From the NCBI RefSeq assembly GCF_009914755.1, contig NC_060933.1: a stretch of 64,000 nt of DNA; one strand, given 5' to 3'. How positions within the stretch are numbered: position 1 is the first letter of the stretch; the number at the start of each line of letters is the position of its first letter. The notes under the pieces were generated by a model that saw only the letters and a program-made list of their open reading frames with translations, made no database searches and was not told the DNA's origin. This document shows positions 29,334 to 42,190 of the stretch, piece by piece. This DNA comes from the human T2T-CHM13v2.0 reference genome, Homo sapiens. Position numbers and translations under genes: made by a program.

Positions 29334-30086
29334 GTTTTCTTTTTCTTTCTTTCTTTCTTCTTTTTTTAAATTATACTTTAAGTTCTGTGGTACATGTGCA
29401 GAATGTGCAGTTTTGTTACATAGTTATACACATGCCATAGTGGTTTGCTGCACCCGTCAACTCATCACCTACTATCCCTCCCCTAGCCCCCCACCCCCAA
29501 ACAGGCCCCAGTGTGTGATGTGCCCTTCGTGTCCATGTGTTCTCATTGTTCAACTCCCACTTATGAGTGAGAACATGTGGTATTTGTTTTCTGTTCTTGT
29601 GTTAGTTTGCTGAGAATGATGGTTTCCAGCTTCATCCGTGTCCCTGCAAAGGGCATGAACTCGTCCTTTTTTATGGCTGCATAGTATTCCATGGTGTATG
29701 TGTCACACATTTTCTTTTTCCAGTCTATCATTGATGGACATTTGGGTTGGTTCCAATTCTTTGCTATTATGAATAGTGCCACAATAAACATACGTGTGCA
29801 TGTGTCTTTATAGTAGAATTATATATAAACCTTTATGTATATACCCAGTATGCTGGATCAAATGGTATTTCTAGTTCTAGGTCCTTGAAGAATTGCCACA
29901 CTGTCTTCCACAATGGTTGAACTAATTTACACTCCTACCAACAGTGTAAAAGCATTCCTATTTCTCCACATCCTCTTCAGCACCTGTTGTTTCCTGACTT
30001 TTTGATGACTGCATTCTAACTGGCGTGAGATGGTATCTCATTGTGGTTTTGATTTGCATTTCTCTGATGACCAGTGATGATGAGCT
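29334..30086 (-). mobile_element. 5'-truncated L1PA7-like element
   Basis: TTATACTTTAAGTTCTG...GTGGTTTGCTGCACCC; ORF2 C-terminal MFIVALFIIAKNWNQPKCP on minus strand. Confidence 0.92.
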
Positions 30087-31757
30087 GTTCAGTCATTGCA
30101 GTTTCTTGTATATTCTGGATATTAGTCCCTTGTCAGATGAATAATTTGTAGATATTTTCTCCCAATCAACAAGTTGTCTCTTTATTGTTTTCTTTGCTGT
30201 GCAGAAGATTTTTAGTTTACTGTAGTTTTATTTTGTCTATTTTTGTTTTGTTTTTGTTGCCTGTTTTTGAGGTCATAGCCATAAAGTCTTGCCTAGACCA
30301 ATATCCTGAGATGTTTCCCCTGTATTTTCTTCAAGTAGTATTATAGTTTTGGGCCTTATGTTTAACTCTTTAATCATCTTGAGTTGATTCTTGTAATGGT
30401 GAGAGAGACAGGAGTACATTTTCATTCTTCTGCCTATGGAGATCTAATTTTCCCAGAATCATTTATTGAATAGGGTGTCCTTTCTTCAGTGTATATCCTT
30501 GGTGTTGTTTTAAAAGATCAGTTTGCTGTAAGTAAATGGATTTATTTCTGGACTCCCTATTCTGTTCCATTGGTCTATGTGTCTGTTTTTATACCAATAT
30601 CATGCTGTTTTGGTTATGATAACCTTAAAATATTTTTATAGTCAGGCAGTGTGATGCGTCTGATTGATACTTTAATATTTTCCACGTTCACAAGCATTCA
30701 TTCCACATTTGTTGAATTACACTCATAATGCCAAGTGGCTTTCTGCATTGTGGCTTAAGACATTCTTTTAAGTTTGCTCCCCTTTAGGTTATTACCTTTG
30801 AATCTGGGAACAGAGATAATTTCTCCATTTCCTCTTTGTCAGCCCTCAGTCATTTTTTTAATTCATGAGGGCATCATGTTTTTTTTTTCTGTTCCAGTGC
30901 TTTTTGAAATAATATCTTGCTTTATATGCAAACTTGCTAGAATTTAAGTGTCCAGCCTCTGTGCCACTTAGACTTTAGCAATATTTAGCTAAAACTGCCA
31001 TCCTGGGCACCTCCTTCTCAAGTGTGAAACCAAATATCAATGTATGCTAATAAAATATATGAATATTGATAATCATTATTACTCCTGAAATAATTACCCT
31101 TTAGACATATGATATGTCCTACAATAATGAAAGTGGTAACTATTCACCAAACAGCTTGCTGAAAATATTAGCAAACCTTCCCAGCTACAAGTTGGAATCA
31201 ATAGATATAAGGTATTCATGTTGCATGAGTCCTCAAACCTCTTCTGAGAAGTGACATGATTGGGCAACATATAGCTGACTATACAACAAGTTCTAGGACA
31301 AAATATCCTCCTGAGTTCTCTCTGTATAAAATACATGTAGGGGTAGCCTTGTAAGCCAATATCAACATTCTGTGTTTGAGCATCAAATACGCTGGGTTTA
31401 GAAATGTCAGATGCCCAGAAGAATGCTGAAAAACACCAGTTGCCCAACTCCTGGTGATCTTGCAGGAGCTCAGCTCATGTGCTTTCTCTCCCACATGTGG
31501 GAGGAAGAGGGATTGGTGACTCTCAGTTCATTTCTACGCAACCAGAGGAGAACTTTTATTCATCAAATAATGGTGATCACCCCTCAACAGCAACTAACAA
31601 TTGGTAAGCAATGACTATGTTCCAGGCCTCTTCTAGGTGCCTTATATATGCACCTGGAGCAGGTAACAATATAATCTGAAGGCAAATAAAGTGTTTGGTG
31701 ATACCACAAAATTCAGAGCCTATATTAGCATGCCTAGATTAGCCACAATTTTGGTCT

Positions 31758-31811
31758 AATCCTCACTCTCGCTACAATCCTCACTCTTACTACAATCCTC
31801 ACCCTCGTCAC
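31758..31811. repeat. 18-bp tandem repeat x3
   Basis: AATCCTCACTCTCGCTAC / AATCCTCACTCTTACTAC / AATCCTCACCCTCGTCAC. Confidence 0.9.
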
Positions 31812-32851
31812 AAATATACAAGCTGGCTCAAGCTGACTCATACTAAAGGATGGGGAAGAAATATCTGTCTCACTCTTTCCTATCATGCTATGCTAAAGCC
31901 AGTTGAGAATTTTCATGCCAGTCATTCCAGGCTGAGGAACCAGTTTTTCCCAGCAACTAATTGCTTATCCAGTGGCAACTGTGTCTAGTAGCTAGCAATG
32001 CAGTGTTGAGGGAGGGCATAATTATATTCAAACCCTCTTGCTTAGGCTTCAGAAGGTTGTTCAAAAAAAATTTATATCACTTTCAGTATAATGCTCAATT
32101 GAAGGTCCTTAACCAAAGGAGTCCAAGACCCTTTGCAAGATTATGTTACATTACCCACACCCAACTCTATTACCTCCACCACTCTACACTCTCAGACTCT
32201 GCAGTGAAGAAGGAATTTCTGTGGAAACTTGCTATCTCCCTTGGGAAAACATTCTTTCTAGTTAGGAGGGGGCTGTGGATGAAAACGTGACTAGACAAAC
32301 TCTCTTCCCCTAATGCTGCCACTTGCGTGAGTACAGATTCCTCCCCTGATCATAATTATTTTTAAGGAAGAAACACATTCTCAGCTTTATTTAGTTAAAA
32401 TGGATATATTCCTAACTTCATAGTCCTCCCTTATAAGGTAATAACTTTAAACTCACTCACACAGTCACGTTCTAGGATTCAATTATACTGCAACAGGTTT
32501 TACCATCTACCTCTTAATGACACCTGAAAATTTTTCTCCTTTTCCTTCATTATTAATGTGGTCCTAGAACCCAAATCACAGTGAGTCAGGGAAAATTGTT
32601 TTGGAAAGGCTTTATTTTTACTTTCCAATCATGGGTCTTGATGCATATCACACATGCTTATCCCAATAAAATTTGCTATCTTTGAAGCTGGATACAGAAG
32701 GGATATGTTTTCTCAACCAATTTTCTAACAGAAATACCCTGGTATCCTTAAGCAAAATGATATATGCCATGTTCAAAGCTAAGTATTAAATGTAAGTTAT
32801 TAAGAAGAAAGCCTTTATTGACTTCCAGTGGAAAAAAATAGGAGGTCCTTT

Positions 32852-33154
32852 GTCTTAGTCCATTTGTGCTACTCTAACTGAATCTTTAAGACTGGATAAT
32901 TTATAGAGTAGAATTTTATCTTTTCACAGTTCAGGAGGCTGGAAGGTCCAAGATCAAGGTGCCAGTATCTTGCAAGGGCCCTCTTGCAGCATCATCACAG
33001 GTCAGACAGTAGAAGGACAAACGGGGCAAAAGAAAGTTTTGGGCAGAGCTCTCATGTCCTAGTCACCTCTCAAGGGGCTCATCTCTTAATACTGTTACAA
33101 TGGCAATTACTTTTCAACTTGAGTTTTAGAGGAGACTTATTTACATCACTAAGA
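32852..33154 (-). mobile_element. MaLR LTR (MSTD/MLT1A-like)
   Basis: TGTCTTAGTCCATTTGTGCT...GGAGGCTGGAAGGTCCAAGATCAAGGTGCCAG. Confidence 0.82.
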
Positions 33155-34268
33155 CAAGACACTCTTATGTTCCCTCCCATTATCTGAAAATTTCTATTAT
33201 CTACAGAAGTCAGCCCTGGGAAGCCTTGACAAATTATTTAGGAGCTCATATATATGGAAGCAGTTAGACACAACTTAAAGTTCTACCTTACTAGGCACTC
33301 CACCTGTACTAATCTCTCAAAAAATTTCTAGTCGTTACTCTCTTTCATTGATTGTTTTAATTAATATAGTATATCAAGATGATTTTTTCATGTAGTTTTA
33401 TTGTTGTTTTTAACTTTTTTTTCTCAACTGGCATTGACATATTCTTCTCACAGCTCAAACCTACAAAAATTATCTGCAATACTGAAACTCAAAGTATAAA
33501 CTCAGAGGAGGATTGATGTTTCTGTGCTAATTTCTAAAAATTTCTGATATTGGCTTTTATTTTAGATTTTATTTTTTAGATTTGCTTCTTTGGGGAGAAA
33601 GAATAGCAACTTTTTCTCTTAATCCTGGTTTAGAAAGTAAGGGCTTTAATAACCAACAGACTTCTCATTATTTATATGAGAGGAAAATAAGTCTGTAAAT
33701 CTCTGGTTGCTCATTTCAAATAGTTAGAAGAGGTAAAATCAGAGCAAGGGGCTACAAAACTTTGTGAACTTAACTGGATTGTTGGAGTACAAATTACTGG
33801 GCTTAGGCAGTTGGGATAACAACACAGTAGGATACAGTTATTATGAATACTTGATAATACATAGGCTTAAATATTTACTTAAACATTTATTAGGTATGTC
33901 TTCTACATACTAGACACTTAACTGTAAGTTTGTATATATTTACTTCATGTGTAGGTCACTTTGTAATGAAATTAAATTAACTTAAATCTCAGAAATGCCA
34001 TAAGACATATTTTAAAATGATATCTACATATTAGTGATGCTTCAATAACTGGAGATCACCTGATTCCAAGTCAATTAATGCATCTCTCATCATTGTTAAT
34101 CAATCAAAAGTATGTACCAAGGGTACTGTCACCATCAATTGACTGAATTGTTCCAAATTAATGCATGAAAAATAATAAATTCTCAAAGGCCAATCTATTT
34201 ATTTTTATATGCCATATGTTGGGATGACCCCTCCTCTCCTCACCTCAAAAAAAAAAAAAAAAAGCAGT

Positions 34269-34638
34269 TGTCTTAGTTCATTTTATGTTGCTATGATAAA
34301 ATACTGGAGACATTTACAAACAATGAAACTTTATTTAGTTCATGGTTTTGGTGGCTGAGAAGTCCAAGAGTAAGACATTGGCATGTGATAAGAGCCTTCT
34401 TGCTGCATTATAACATGACAGAAGACATTATCTGGCAAGACAGAACAAGAGTGTATGTGCTCAGGTCTTTCTTCCTCTTCCTACAAGCCACCAGTACCAT
34501 CATGGGGCCCCACCCTGATGACTTTATCTAATCTTAATTACCTCTCAAAGGTCCCACCTCTACATACCATCAATATATGAATTTGGGGAATAAATTTTCA
34601 ACACACAAAATTTGGGGGACAAATTTCAAACTATAGTA
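34269..34638 (-). mobile_element. MaLR solo LTR (MSTC/D-like)
   Basis: TGTCTTAGTTCATTTT...GAAGTCCAAG...GGGGGACAAATTTCAAACTATAGTA. Confidence 0.85.
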
Positions 34639-34815
34639 GTGGTTCTGTGTGGTTTTAAAATCTTGGATTATTTTCTTGATCAGTTCTTACACTTTTACTT
34701 CACGCTATTTTTTACAGAGATTTTATGTTTATTGCAGCATTACATCATCACATGCATACATCACAACTATCATAGCCTGTATTCCCTGAGCACAGAGTAT
34801 AAAATAAGGGCTGTG

Positions 34816-35101
34816 GGCTGGGTGTGGTGTCCCACACCTGTAATCCCAGAACTCTGGGAGTCCGAGGCAGGTGGATCGCTTGAGTTCGAGACCAGCCTGG
34901 CCAACATGGAAAAACTCCATCGCTACTAAAAATACAAAAAAAAAAAAAAAAAAATAGCTGGGCGTGGTGGTTAGTATCTGTAATCCCACCTACTCAAGAG
35001 GCTGAGGCACAGCAATCACTTGAACCCAGGAGGCGGAGGTTGCAGTGAGCCGGGGTTACACCATTGCACTCCAGCCTGAGCAACAGAGCAAGAATTCGTC
35101 T

Positions 35102-35137
<36 letters not shown>
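34816..35137 (+). mobile_element. AluS with 8-bp left-arm deletion, expanded middle A tract and long A tail
   Basis: GCTTGAG^TTCGAGACC (GTCAGGAG missing); about A18 linker; tail longer than 30 A. Confidence 0.95.
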
Positions 35138-35140
<3 letters not shown>

Positions 35141-36100
35141 GTTTATAGAGATACAGGTTAATTGGGTTAATTGAAAAGTGGTCCCAGAGAGCAAGAGTGA
35201 AGAACTAAAAGCTGGAAAGATGAAGGCAAGAAAGGCAGGTAAGCCAATTCACAGAGGTTTTCTTGAACTAGCTGTATCTGTGACTAAAGTGTTTGATCTA
35301 ATTAGTCCCCCTTCTTGGGAGCCTATAGAATATGTTACAGATTAATCTATCATTTCCTGCCCCCCATTGTTTGGGTTGTTGAGGACGCATTAGTTCCCTG
35401 CATTTTGAGTTTGCACATACATGAATGCATGTGTTCATTGTCAGAATGAGACAGCTCTGAAAGAAAAAGAGGCTCCATAAATATTTGAGGCCAGCTGCTT
35501 AGTACTAAAAAAGGCTGAAGCCCACTGAGAACATTACAGCTATGACTGGGCTTAGTGGACAGACCAAGAGACTGTTAAGCTGTGCCCAAGAGGTATCCAA
35601 AACAAAAACGTAGCCAGGGACATTTGATAAGTGTTTGATGTTTACACAATCACAGAGCAAATATTACTGTCACTTATATTACAAACTGTCTTTAGCTCAT
35701 CCCAAATACTATCCTGCTTCATTTTTTATGTGTTCTCTATTCTCCCTTCTTGTCTGGAATATATTATTTCTAACATAATGAAGAAGGAAATGCACAGGTC
35801 CTCTTTCTCATTGCCCCACTCCTGTATTTAATGCTACACCATTGTTGCATTGACAGTGAACAGCAACAGAGACAAAATTTTGAAGTATCTGCCTAAATTT
35901 TCCCTCAGAAATATGTATTCGTTTTGGCTAAATTATTCAGTCTTTAATGAACAACTACTCCAGACATATATAGCCAATGTGGAGAAAGGAATTGGCAGAA
36001 TGTGATAAAATCAGACAATATCAACTAAATACAGATTTGATGCCTGAATGGACCAATAATTACTAATTCCGTACTTCCTCTTGGATTATGTGATCTTTAA

Positions 36101-36466
36101 TGATATGGTTTGGGGGTGTCCCCACCGAAATCTCATCTTGAATTGTAGCTCCCATAATTCCTACGTGTTGTGGGAGAGACTCAGTGGGAGGTAATTGAAT
36201 CATGGGGGGCGGGTCTTTCCCGTGCTGTTCTCGTGATAGTGAAAAAGTCTCACGAGATCCGATGGTTTTATAACAGGGAGTTCCCCTATGTAAGCTCTCT
36301 TGCCTGCTGCCACGTAAGAGGTGACTTTGCTGCTCCTCCGCCTTCCACCATGATTGTGAGGCCTCCCCAGCCATGTGGAACTGTAAGTCCATTAAACCTC
36401 TTATTCTTTATAAATTACCCAGTTTCGGGTATGTTTTTATCAGCAGCGTGAAAATGGGCTAATACA
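36101..36466 (+). mobile_element. THE1B-like MaLR solo LTR
   Basis: TGATATGGTTTGG...AAATCTCATCTTGAATTGTAGCTCCCATAATTCC...CTAATACA; flanks TTTAA/TTTAG. Confidence 0.95.
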
Positions 36467-37360
36467 TTTAGCTAAGAATTATCCTAAGGATTTATACATG
36501 TAGGTGTTTTTAAAGATATACTATATATTTACATATATAATACATGTAAATTGTTTTATTGCACTTAATTTAAAACATGCATAGTATATGCATAAGTGGT
36601 ATAAATGATATTAAATTACTAAGTGTGAGAGAAATTCCCGGCCAACCCAAGTAGTTACTGAATTCAGTGCCTAATGTTTGCAGAGATTCTGATTTATCCA
36701 GGGAACATTTACATGCAGACTATAACAAGTAAGCAAAGCTTCGTCACTCTTCTGATTAAAGGAATTGATTTGACTTTAGGAAGAGTGACTTTAATTAGCT
36801 GTGCAAATGCCATTAATTCCAATTAATCTTCTCACACTGTCAAGACAAAAATCCTGGGAGAAGATAAATTGCAGCAAATCAATATAGCCCTTGTTTTTAC
36901 CAGGAACAGGTGCTCGAGGAAAGAGGAATGTCATTAATGGGTGTCTATATCAAGAAGTATTTATACAAGACAGTAATTCAATGTGAAAAGCTTTTAGATG
37001 ATTTCTTATATCCGATTTATATATCCATTAATTGTCTTAAATCAAATAGGAAGGGTTTACCAAAGAGATTTTGAAAAATTATTATTATAATTCTATGGAG
37101 AACTATGCTACAAATTCAAATCATCTTTACAGTAGAAAATATAAAGACTAAAAACTATGTTCAAATGCATTGTACTCTCTGTGTTATTTAGTTCAAATAC
37201 AAAGAAAAGCATTCTGGTCAACATGGTAGCAATGATTAATAGTTACTATATTGAACCAAAACACCACAGTAAAATACCAATGAGTATAAAGATAAAGTAA
37301 AAGATTTCCATATACTAAAGTGAAAGAGATTGTTCATGTCAATAAGGGGTACTGAAAAAA

Positions 37361-37570
37361 ACATATATTAGTCCAATTATATATATAAACATATGTAGTC
37401 CAATTATATATATAAATGACTATATGTTTATACATATAGTTGGACTACATATGTTTATATATAGATGACTGCATGTATTTTTGTATATATAAACGACTAC
37501 GTATATATTTTTTAGTATCTTTTTATATATGGAAAAAATATATATGTAATCCAACTATATATATATGTAA
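37361..37570. repeat. AT-rich repeat with direct and inverted copies of a ~27-bp unit
   Basis: TAGTCCAATTATATATATAAA twice, one reverse-complement copy, and a further diverged direct copy near 37540-37568. Confidence 0.9.
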
Positions 37571-37789
37571 TATTTTCCAAGTTATGATTTCCATTCTTAC
37601 AAATCACCCTCTCGTTAATTTCTCTAGTCAATTTGTCTTTTCTCTTTTCAAAAAAATATGTTAACCTGATTCTCACTCTGAGAGCATTTAAATTTGCTGA
37701 TCTTCCATCCAGATCTTTGCATGTTCTGTCCAGCAAGTTCTCTCTCCATGAAGACCATACCACCTAAAGTGACCCCATCTCAGTCTGTC

Positions 37790-37980
37790 TGTTGGTGAGT
37801 TTGTATTTACTATTTAGCACTTACCATATTTGAGGTTGTTTATTTTTTTCTTAACTTGTTACCTCTGTGCTTCTCCCAAGCTCCATGAGTGGAGACATAG
37901 GCTCATAAGCTATGTTCTCTACCTAGTATAGTGCCTGGACCTTAGTGGGCACTTCATCAATAAATGAATAATAAATAAAC
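37790..37980 (+). mobile_element. L2 3' end
   Basis: AAGCTCCATGAG...ACCTAGTATAGTGCCTGG...CAATAAATGAAT. Confidence 0.7.
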
Positions 37981-38059
37981 AATTCACTAAGCCATGAAAA
38001 ACAAACATCTTTTAAAAAACAGTAAATTATGTTGATTTATTTATAATTAACATTTATTA

Positions 38060-38625
38060 TGTGAGTTGCGTGTCCCTGAGGCCACCTTCATGCTCTAGGA
38101 TTTGCTAGAACTCACAGGACTCGGGATAGCTATTATACTCATAGTAACTGTTTTTTATTACAATGGCAGAACAAAAATTAAAATCGTCAAAGGGAAAATG
38201 TACATGGGGTGAAGTCCAGGAGAAAGGAGGAGCAAACTTCAGGTGTTCTTCCAGTGGAGACACATAGGGACATACAATTCTCCCAGAAGGGATGCGTGAC
38301 AACCATGGCCAAAATGATGCCAGTTGAGGGAAGCTCACCTAAGCCTTGAGGTCTACATGCACGTAAGACTCATGTGAACTGACCTCAGCTACTCAGATCC
38401 CAGCACCCAGAACAAAAATATGTGTTCACCATAAATCATATTATTAGGATAAACATATCTAGTCACACTTTTCAGGCATACAAAAACATCCTTAGCAGGG
38501 AGTATTTATTTTCTAAGGGCTCAGAGGTTATCTCCCAGAAGCCAGTCCTAAAGACAGGGCTTTTTTTTTTTTGGAATGCACAGTGTTTCAGCAACCTAGG
38601 CCTGCTAAGTTAACCCTTTCCTCCA
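38060..38625 (-). mobile_element. MER21-like LTR
   Basis: ACTCACAGGACTC...TTATACTCA...AAAGGGAAAA...AGTCCAGGAGA...CCAGTGGAG...AATTCTCCCAG. Confidence 0.75.
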
Positions 38626-40751
38626 TGGCTTGTGTGGCATGTCTTCACCTAACTGGCTCAGAATTCTTTCTGATTATCTAAAATATCCTGTCGTAGAGTC
38701 CCTAATATCCTCATTTGTTGAAGTTTAATGAAAGTATCATCAGACACATCAGACTCTGAGCCCCAAGGAAATAGGGTCCCAGGGGACTGGGCCTTCTGTT
38801 TTCTTCCTAAGTCAGCTTCCCAGTCTACCCCAAATCTATTTTGTTTATGTTCATCTCTATCTGCCCCTGACATTTTATGCTTTGCTTGTTACTCCTGATT
38901 GAAATTGAAGTATCTCACCTGGGCTTGGGATTCAATAATTTCCTACCAACTTAGGGACCTTCTCCATCATCAAACCTATTTACTACTTTTTTTTTTTTTT
39001 TTTTTTTGGCTCTCCCCATCTCTGGTTCCTGCTTGTAATCACATAAATGTCCCAGAGCAATGTCACTAGTAAAACTAACAAAAAAGAAAAATAATAAGAA
39101 CCATAATAAAAACTTTCTTGAGAAGTTGCGTCACTCACACAATTTTTCAGCCTTGTGTCTTACCTTTGCATGGTTTCCCCAGATGGAGCATATTTGCTGA
39201 TCAGCTTCCTCACCTCCCACTATTCCTCTGCTTCTAGAACTCTGGTTTCCTCCTCCACCTTCCCACTAAAGTGAGTGTTACCAAATTTACCAGAATCTTC
39301 TAATACTCAAAAGTAAGAGTTAATTCTCTATCTTATCTTACATAATTTTCTTTAATATTTGACTTTATTAAACACTCCTTCTTTCAAGAAGCTCTTTACT
39401 CCTCCAATTTCTCTGAATCCATTATATTTTATTTCTCCCCTCTTTTTCTACTAGCACCACTACCCACACACTCTCTTTCTGCTCTAATCATTCTTCTCAA
39501 CCTCCTTCTTCAGTTTCTTCATTTCTAAAACAGAGATAATAATACCTATTTCATGGACTTATTGTTACGAAATTCGGGGGGGTGGAGTTCAAAAACTCAC
39601 CTAAGATATTATTGTCTCTCGAAAAATGTTTTGATTACTTGGAATCCCATGAGGTTGTAATTTATGGCCAAAACACCCTAAATTATATAATTTATTTAAT
39701 TATCAATGTAATTTATCTTTTTCTTAGAATATTTTATCTTATATAATTTTTGAAATATCCATTATGGCCTTATTTTAAAATTAGAAAGAATGAGGCACAG
39801 CAAACACGAAATTGTTTCCAGGATCACAGATCAGTAACAAAAACAGATATATGGAATGTTGACTTTACTGGGAGCATTATCGACTTAACTGCACTAACTA
39901 ATCTTTTGAGTGATTGATTGATTACAGTTTTGAGTTCTTCCAGGAAAAGTAATTTACATAAACCACAGAACAGCTGGTTAATGAATTTTACTTCTGAGAA
40001 GTTGTTGGGAACACATGGTGTGTTCTTCAGGGAAGCACAGAACTCTGTGGCTGCATTTTATAAACAATGATGAAAGTTTTTCAATTTATGAGGATATATT
40101 TTTCTCAAAGTTTAAACTTTATATTAAGAAATTTATATTTAATAATTTAGACACGCACAGTGAGCAGCTGCTTCTTCATTCTTTAAGAATTTACACAATT
40201 AATTTCATTTATTTAGTATGTATTTAGTGCCTTGTAAGTTCTTAACATTAGAAGTACCATGCATTCCACTGTGAAAAATACAAAGGCAAATTAGTATAAT
40301 TATTTCTTAAGTTATATTTTTAAGGGCATCCCAACATTTGTAACACTCAGCTTGTCTTTGATGGAAAAGCTCACATTGATCCCCCTCCCATCAGGGAAAT
40401 CAAAACTGAAGACATCTGTTTCAAAGTTATCAGCATATAAACAATAGCTAAACCAGGAAGGCAGAAGTCACTGAAGATACAATGATAAGTGAAAGAATAA
40501 TAAAAATAAGATTGGGTCACTGAACAACACTTTACTTTGTTAGACAGATTAAGACTAAATCTAAACTAAGTCAAAAGGGGTGGCCAGGAAGCCCTACCAA
40601 GGAGAATGACCAGCAATAAGTTTAATGCCACTAAAAACCCACAAAAATGGCTCAATGTTTTAAAATTGTGATGACTTCTTTCATTGTTACAACTAAAATC
40701 AGTCACCCATGTGATCAGTTATTGCAATGTTATTGTTGATACTCCTAGAGA

Positions 40752-41352
40752 TTTTTTGTTTTCATATTTTTTATTTTCAAAAATTGTTGTAGGTGCACAG
40801 TATGTGTATGTATTTATGGGGTACCTGAGATGTTTTGATACAGGCACGCAATGTGAAATAAGCTCATCATGGCAAATGGGGTATCCATACCTTCAAGCAT
40901 TTATCTTTTGAGTTACAAGCAATCCAATTACACTCCTCAAGTTATTTTAAAATGTACAATTAAGTTAGTATTGACTATAGTTACCCTATTGTGCTATCAA
41001 GTAATAGGTCTTACTCATTCATTCTTGTTTTTTATTTTTTTGGACCTGTTAAACATCCCCACCTCCCCCAGCCCTCCACTACCCTTTCCAGACTCTGATA
41101 ACCATCCTTCTATTCTCTATGTCCATAAGATCAATTGTTTTGACTTTTAGAACCCACAAATAAGTGAGAACATGTGATGTTGGCCTTTCTGTGCCTGGCT
41201 TACTTCATTTCACATAATGATCTCCACCAGTTCCTTCCATGTTGTTACAAATGACTGCATCTCATTCTTTTTATGGCTGAATAGTACTCCATTGTGTATA
41301 GGTATCACATTTTCTTTATCCATTCATCAGTTGATGGACACTTAGGCTGCTT
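40752..41352 (-). mobile_element. L1MA1/2-like 3' end
   Basis: TATTTATGGGGTACCTGAGATGTTTTGATACAGGC...CAATCCAATTACACTC. Confidence 0.88.
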
Positions 41353-41924
41353 ATGACAGGAAAGGAACCATGAAGAAATAAATCAAACAGCAGGGCATTG
41401 GATAGTGAACAGGAAATGAGGAAGTGGATACAGAGGCTTGAATGTAAAGAAAGGAAATTTTGCTGGAATACATGACCAGAAGTTTGTTACTATTATTGTC
41501 TTCATTATTAATTGATACATGAAAAAAAATCCATGCATTCCCTTGGACTGTTATTATTTATTTTCATTCATGCTTCCCAGTGAAATGGCAAGTAACAGGT
41601 AGACATTATAGTTGCCCCGTCTTGTTGTCTCACCTTGTCCCTAATATCAGAATCACATTGCTTTTATTCCTGAGTGCTATTTGTGTTGACCTGATACGTT
41701 CTTTAGCTTGGGGTAACTGTTTGGAAAGCTCTGTTTAGTTCCCATATTTGTGTCATAACTGTCATTCTGGATTCTTGTTGTTGAGTCAATGAAGAAGCTT
41801 TTGGGGAAGGCTTGGCAGCCATTTTATAGACAGGATCCTGGTGCACAGACTGGACGGTCCAGACAAGCTCTTAGAGAACCTATGCCAGAATATGTACTAT
41901 CTAATTACAGTATTCCCTTACTAT

Positions 41925-42190
41925 AATAATAATAAGAACATCACACAAGTATATAACACATACGGTATGGCAGGCATGCTTCTCTGGCACTCTATGATTC
42001 ATTTCTTCATCACAACAACTCTGTGAGGTGGGTGCTATTATCTCCACTTTACAGAAGAGGAAATTGAAGTTAAATACTTGTTCCATAGTCATATGATAAA
42101 TAATAACAATAAACCACAGAGTTCAGATTTGAACCCAAGCAACTGAATCCTGAGCCTAGTTTATGCTCTTAAATCCTATACTACATTGTT
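41925..42190 (-). mobile_element. MIR SINE
   Basis: CACAACAACTCTGTGAGGTGGGTGCTATTATCTCCACTTTACAGAAGAGGAAATTGA...GATTTGAACCCAAGCA. Confidence 0.8.

Larger units (their letters stand above)
28021..30660 (-). mobile_element. L1MA-type 3' region hosting a nested Alu and L1PA
   Basis: TTATTGATACATAATATTTGTACATATTT start; resumes after the inserts with TTCTTGTATATTCTGGATATTAGTCCC. Confidence 0.88.

Noticed and set aside
31488-31503. 16-bp palindrome CTCCCACATGTGGGAG
   Set aside because: About one 8-bp-arm palindrome is expected by chance in 64 kb (64000/4^8 is about 1)
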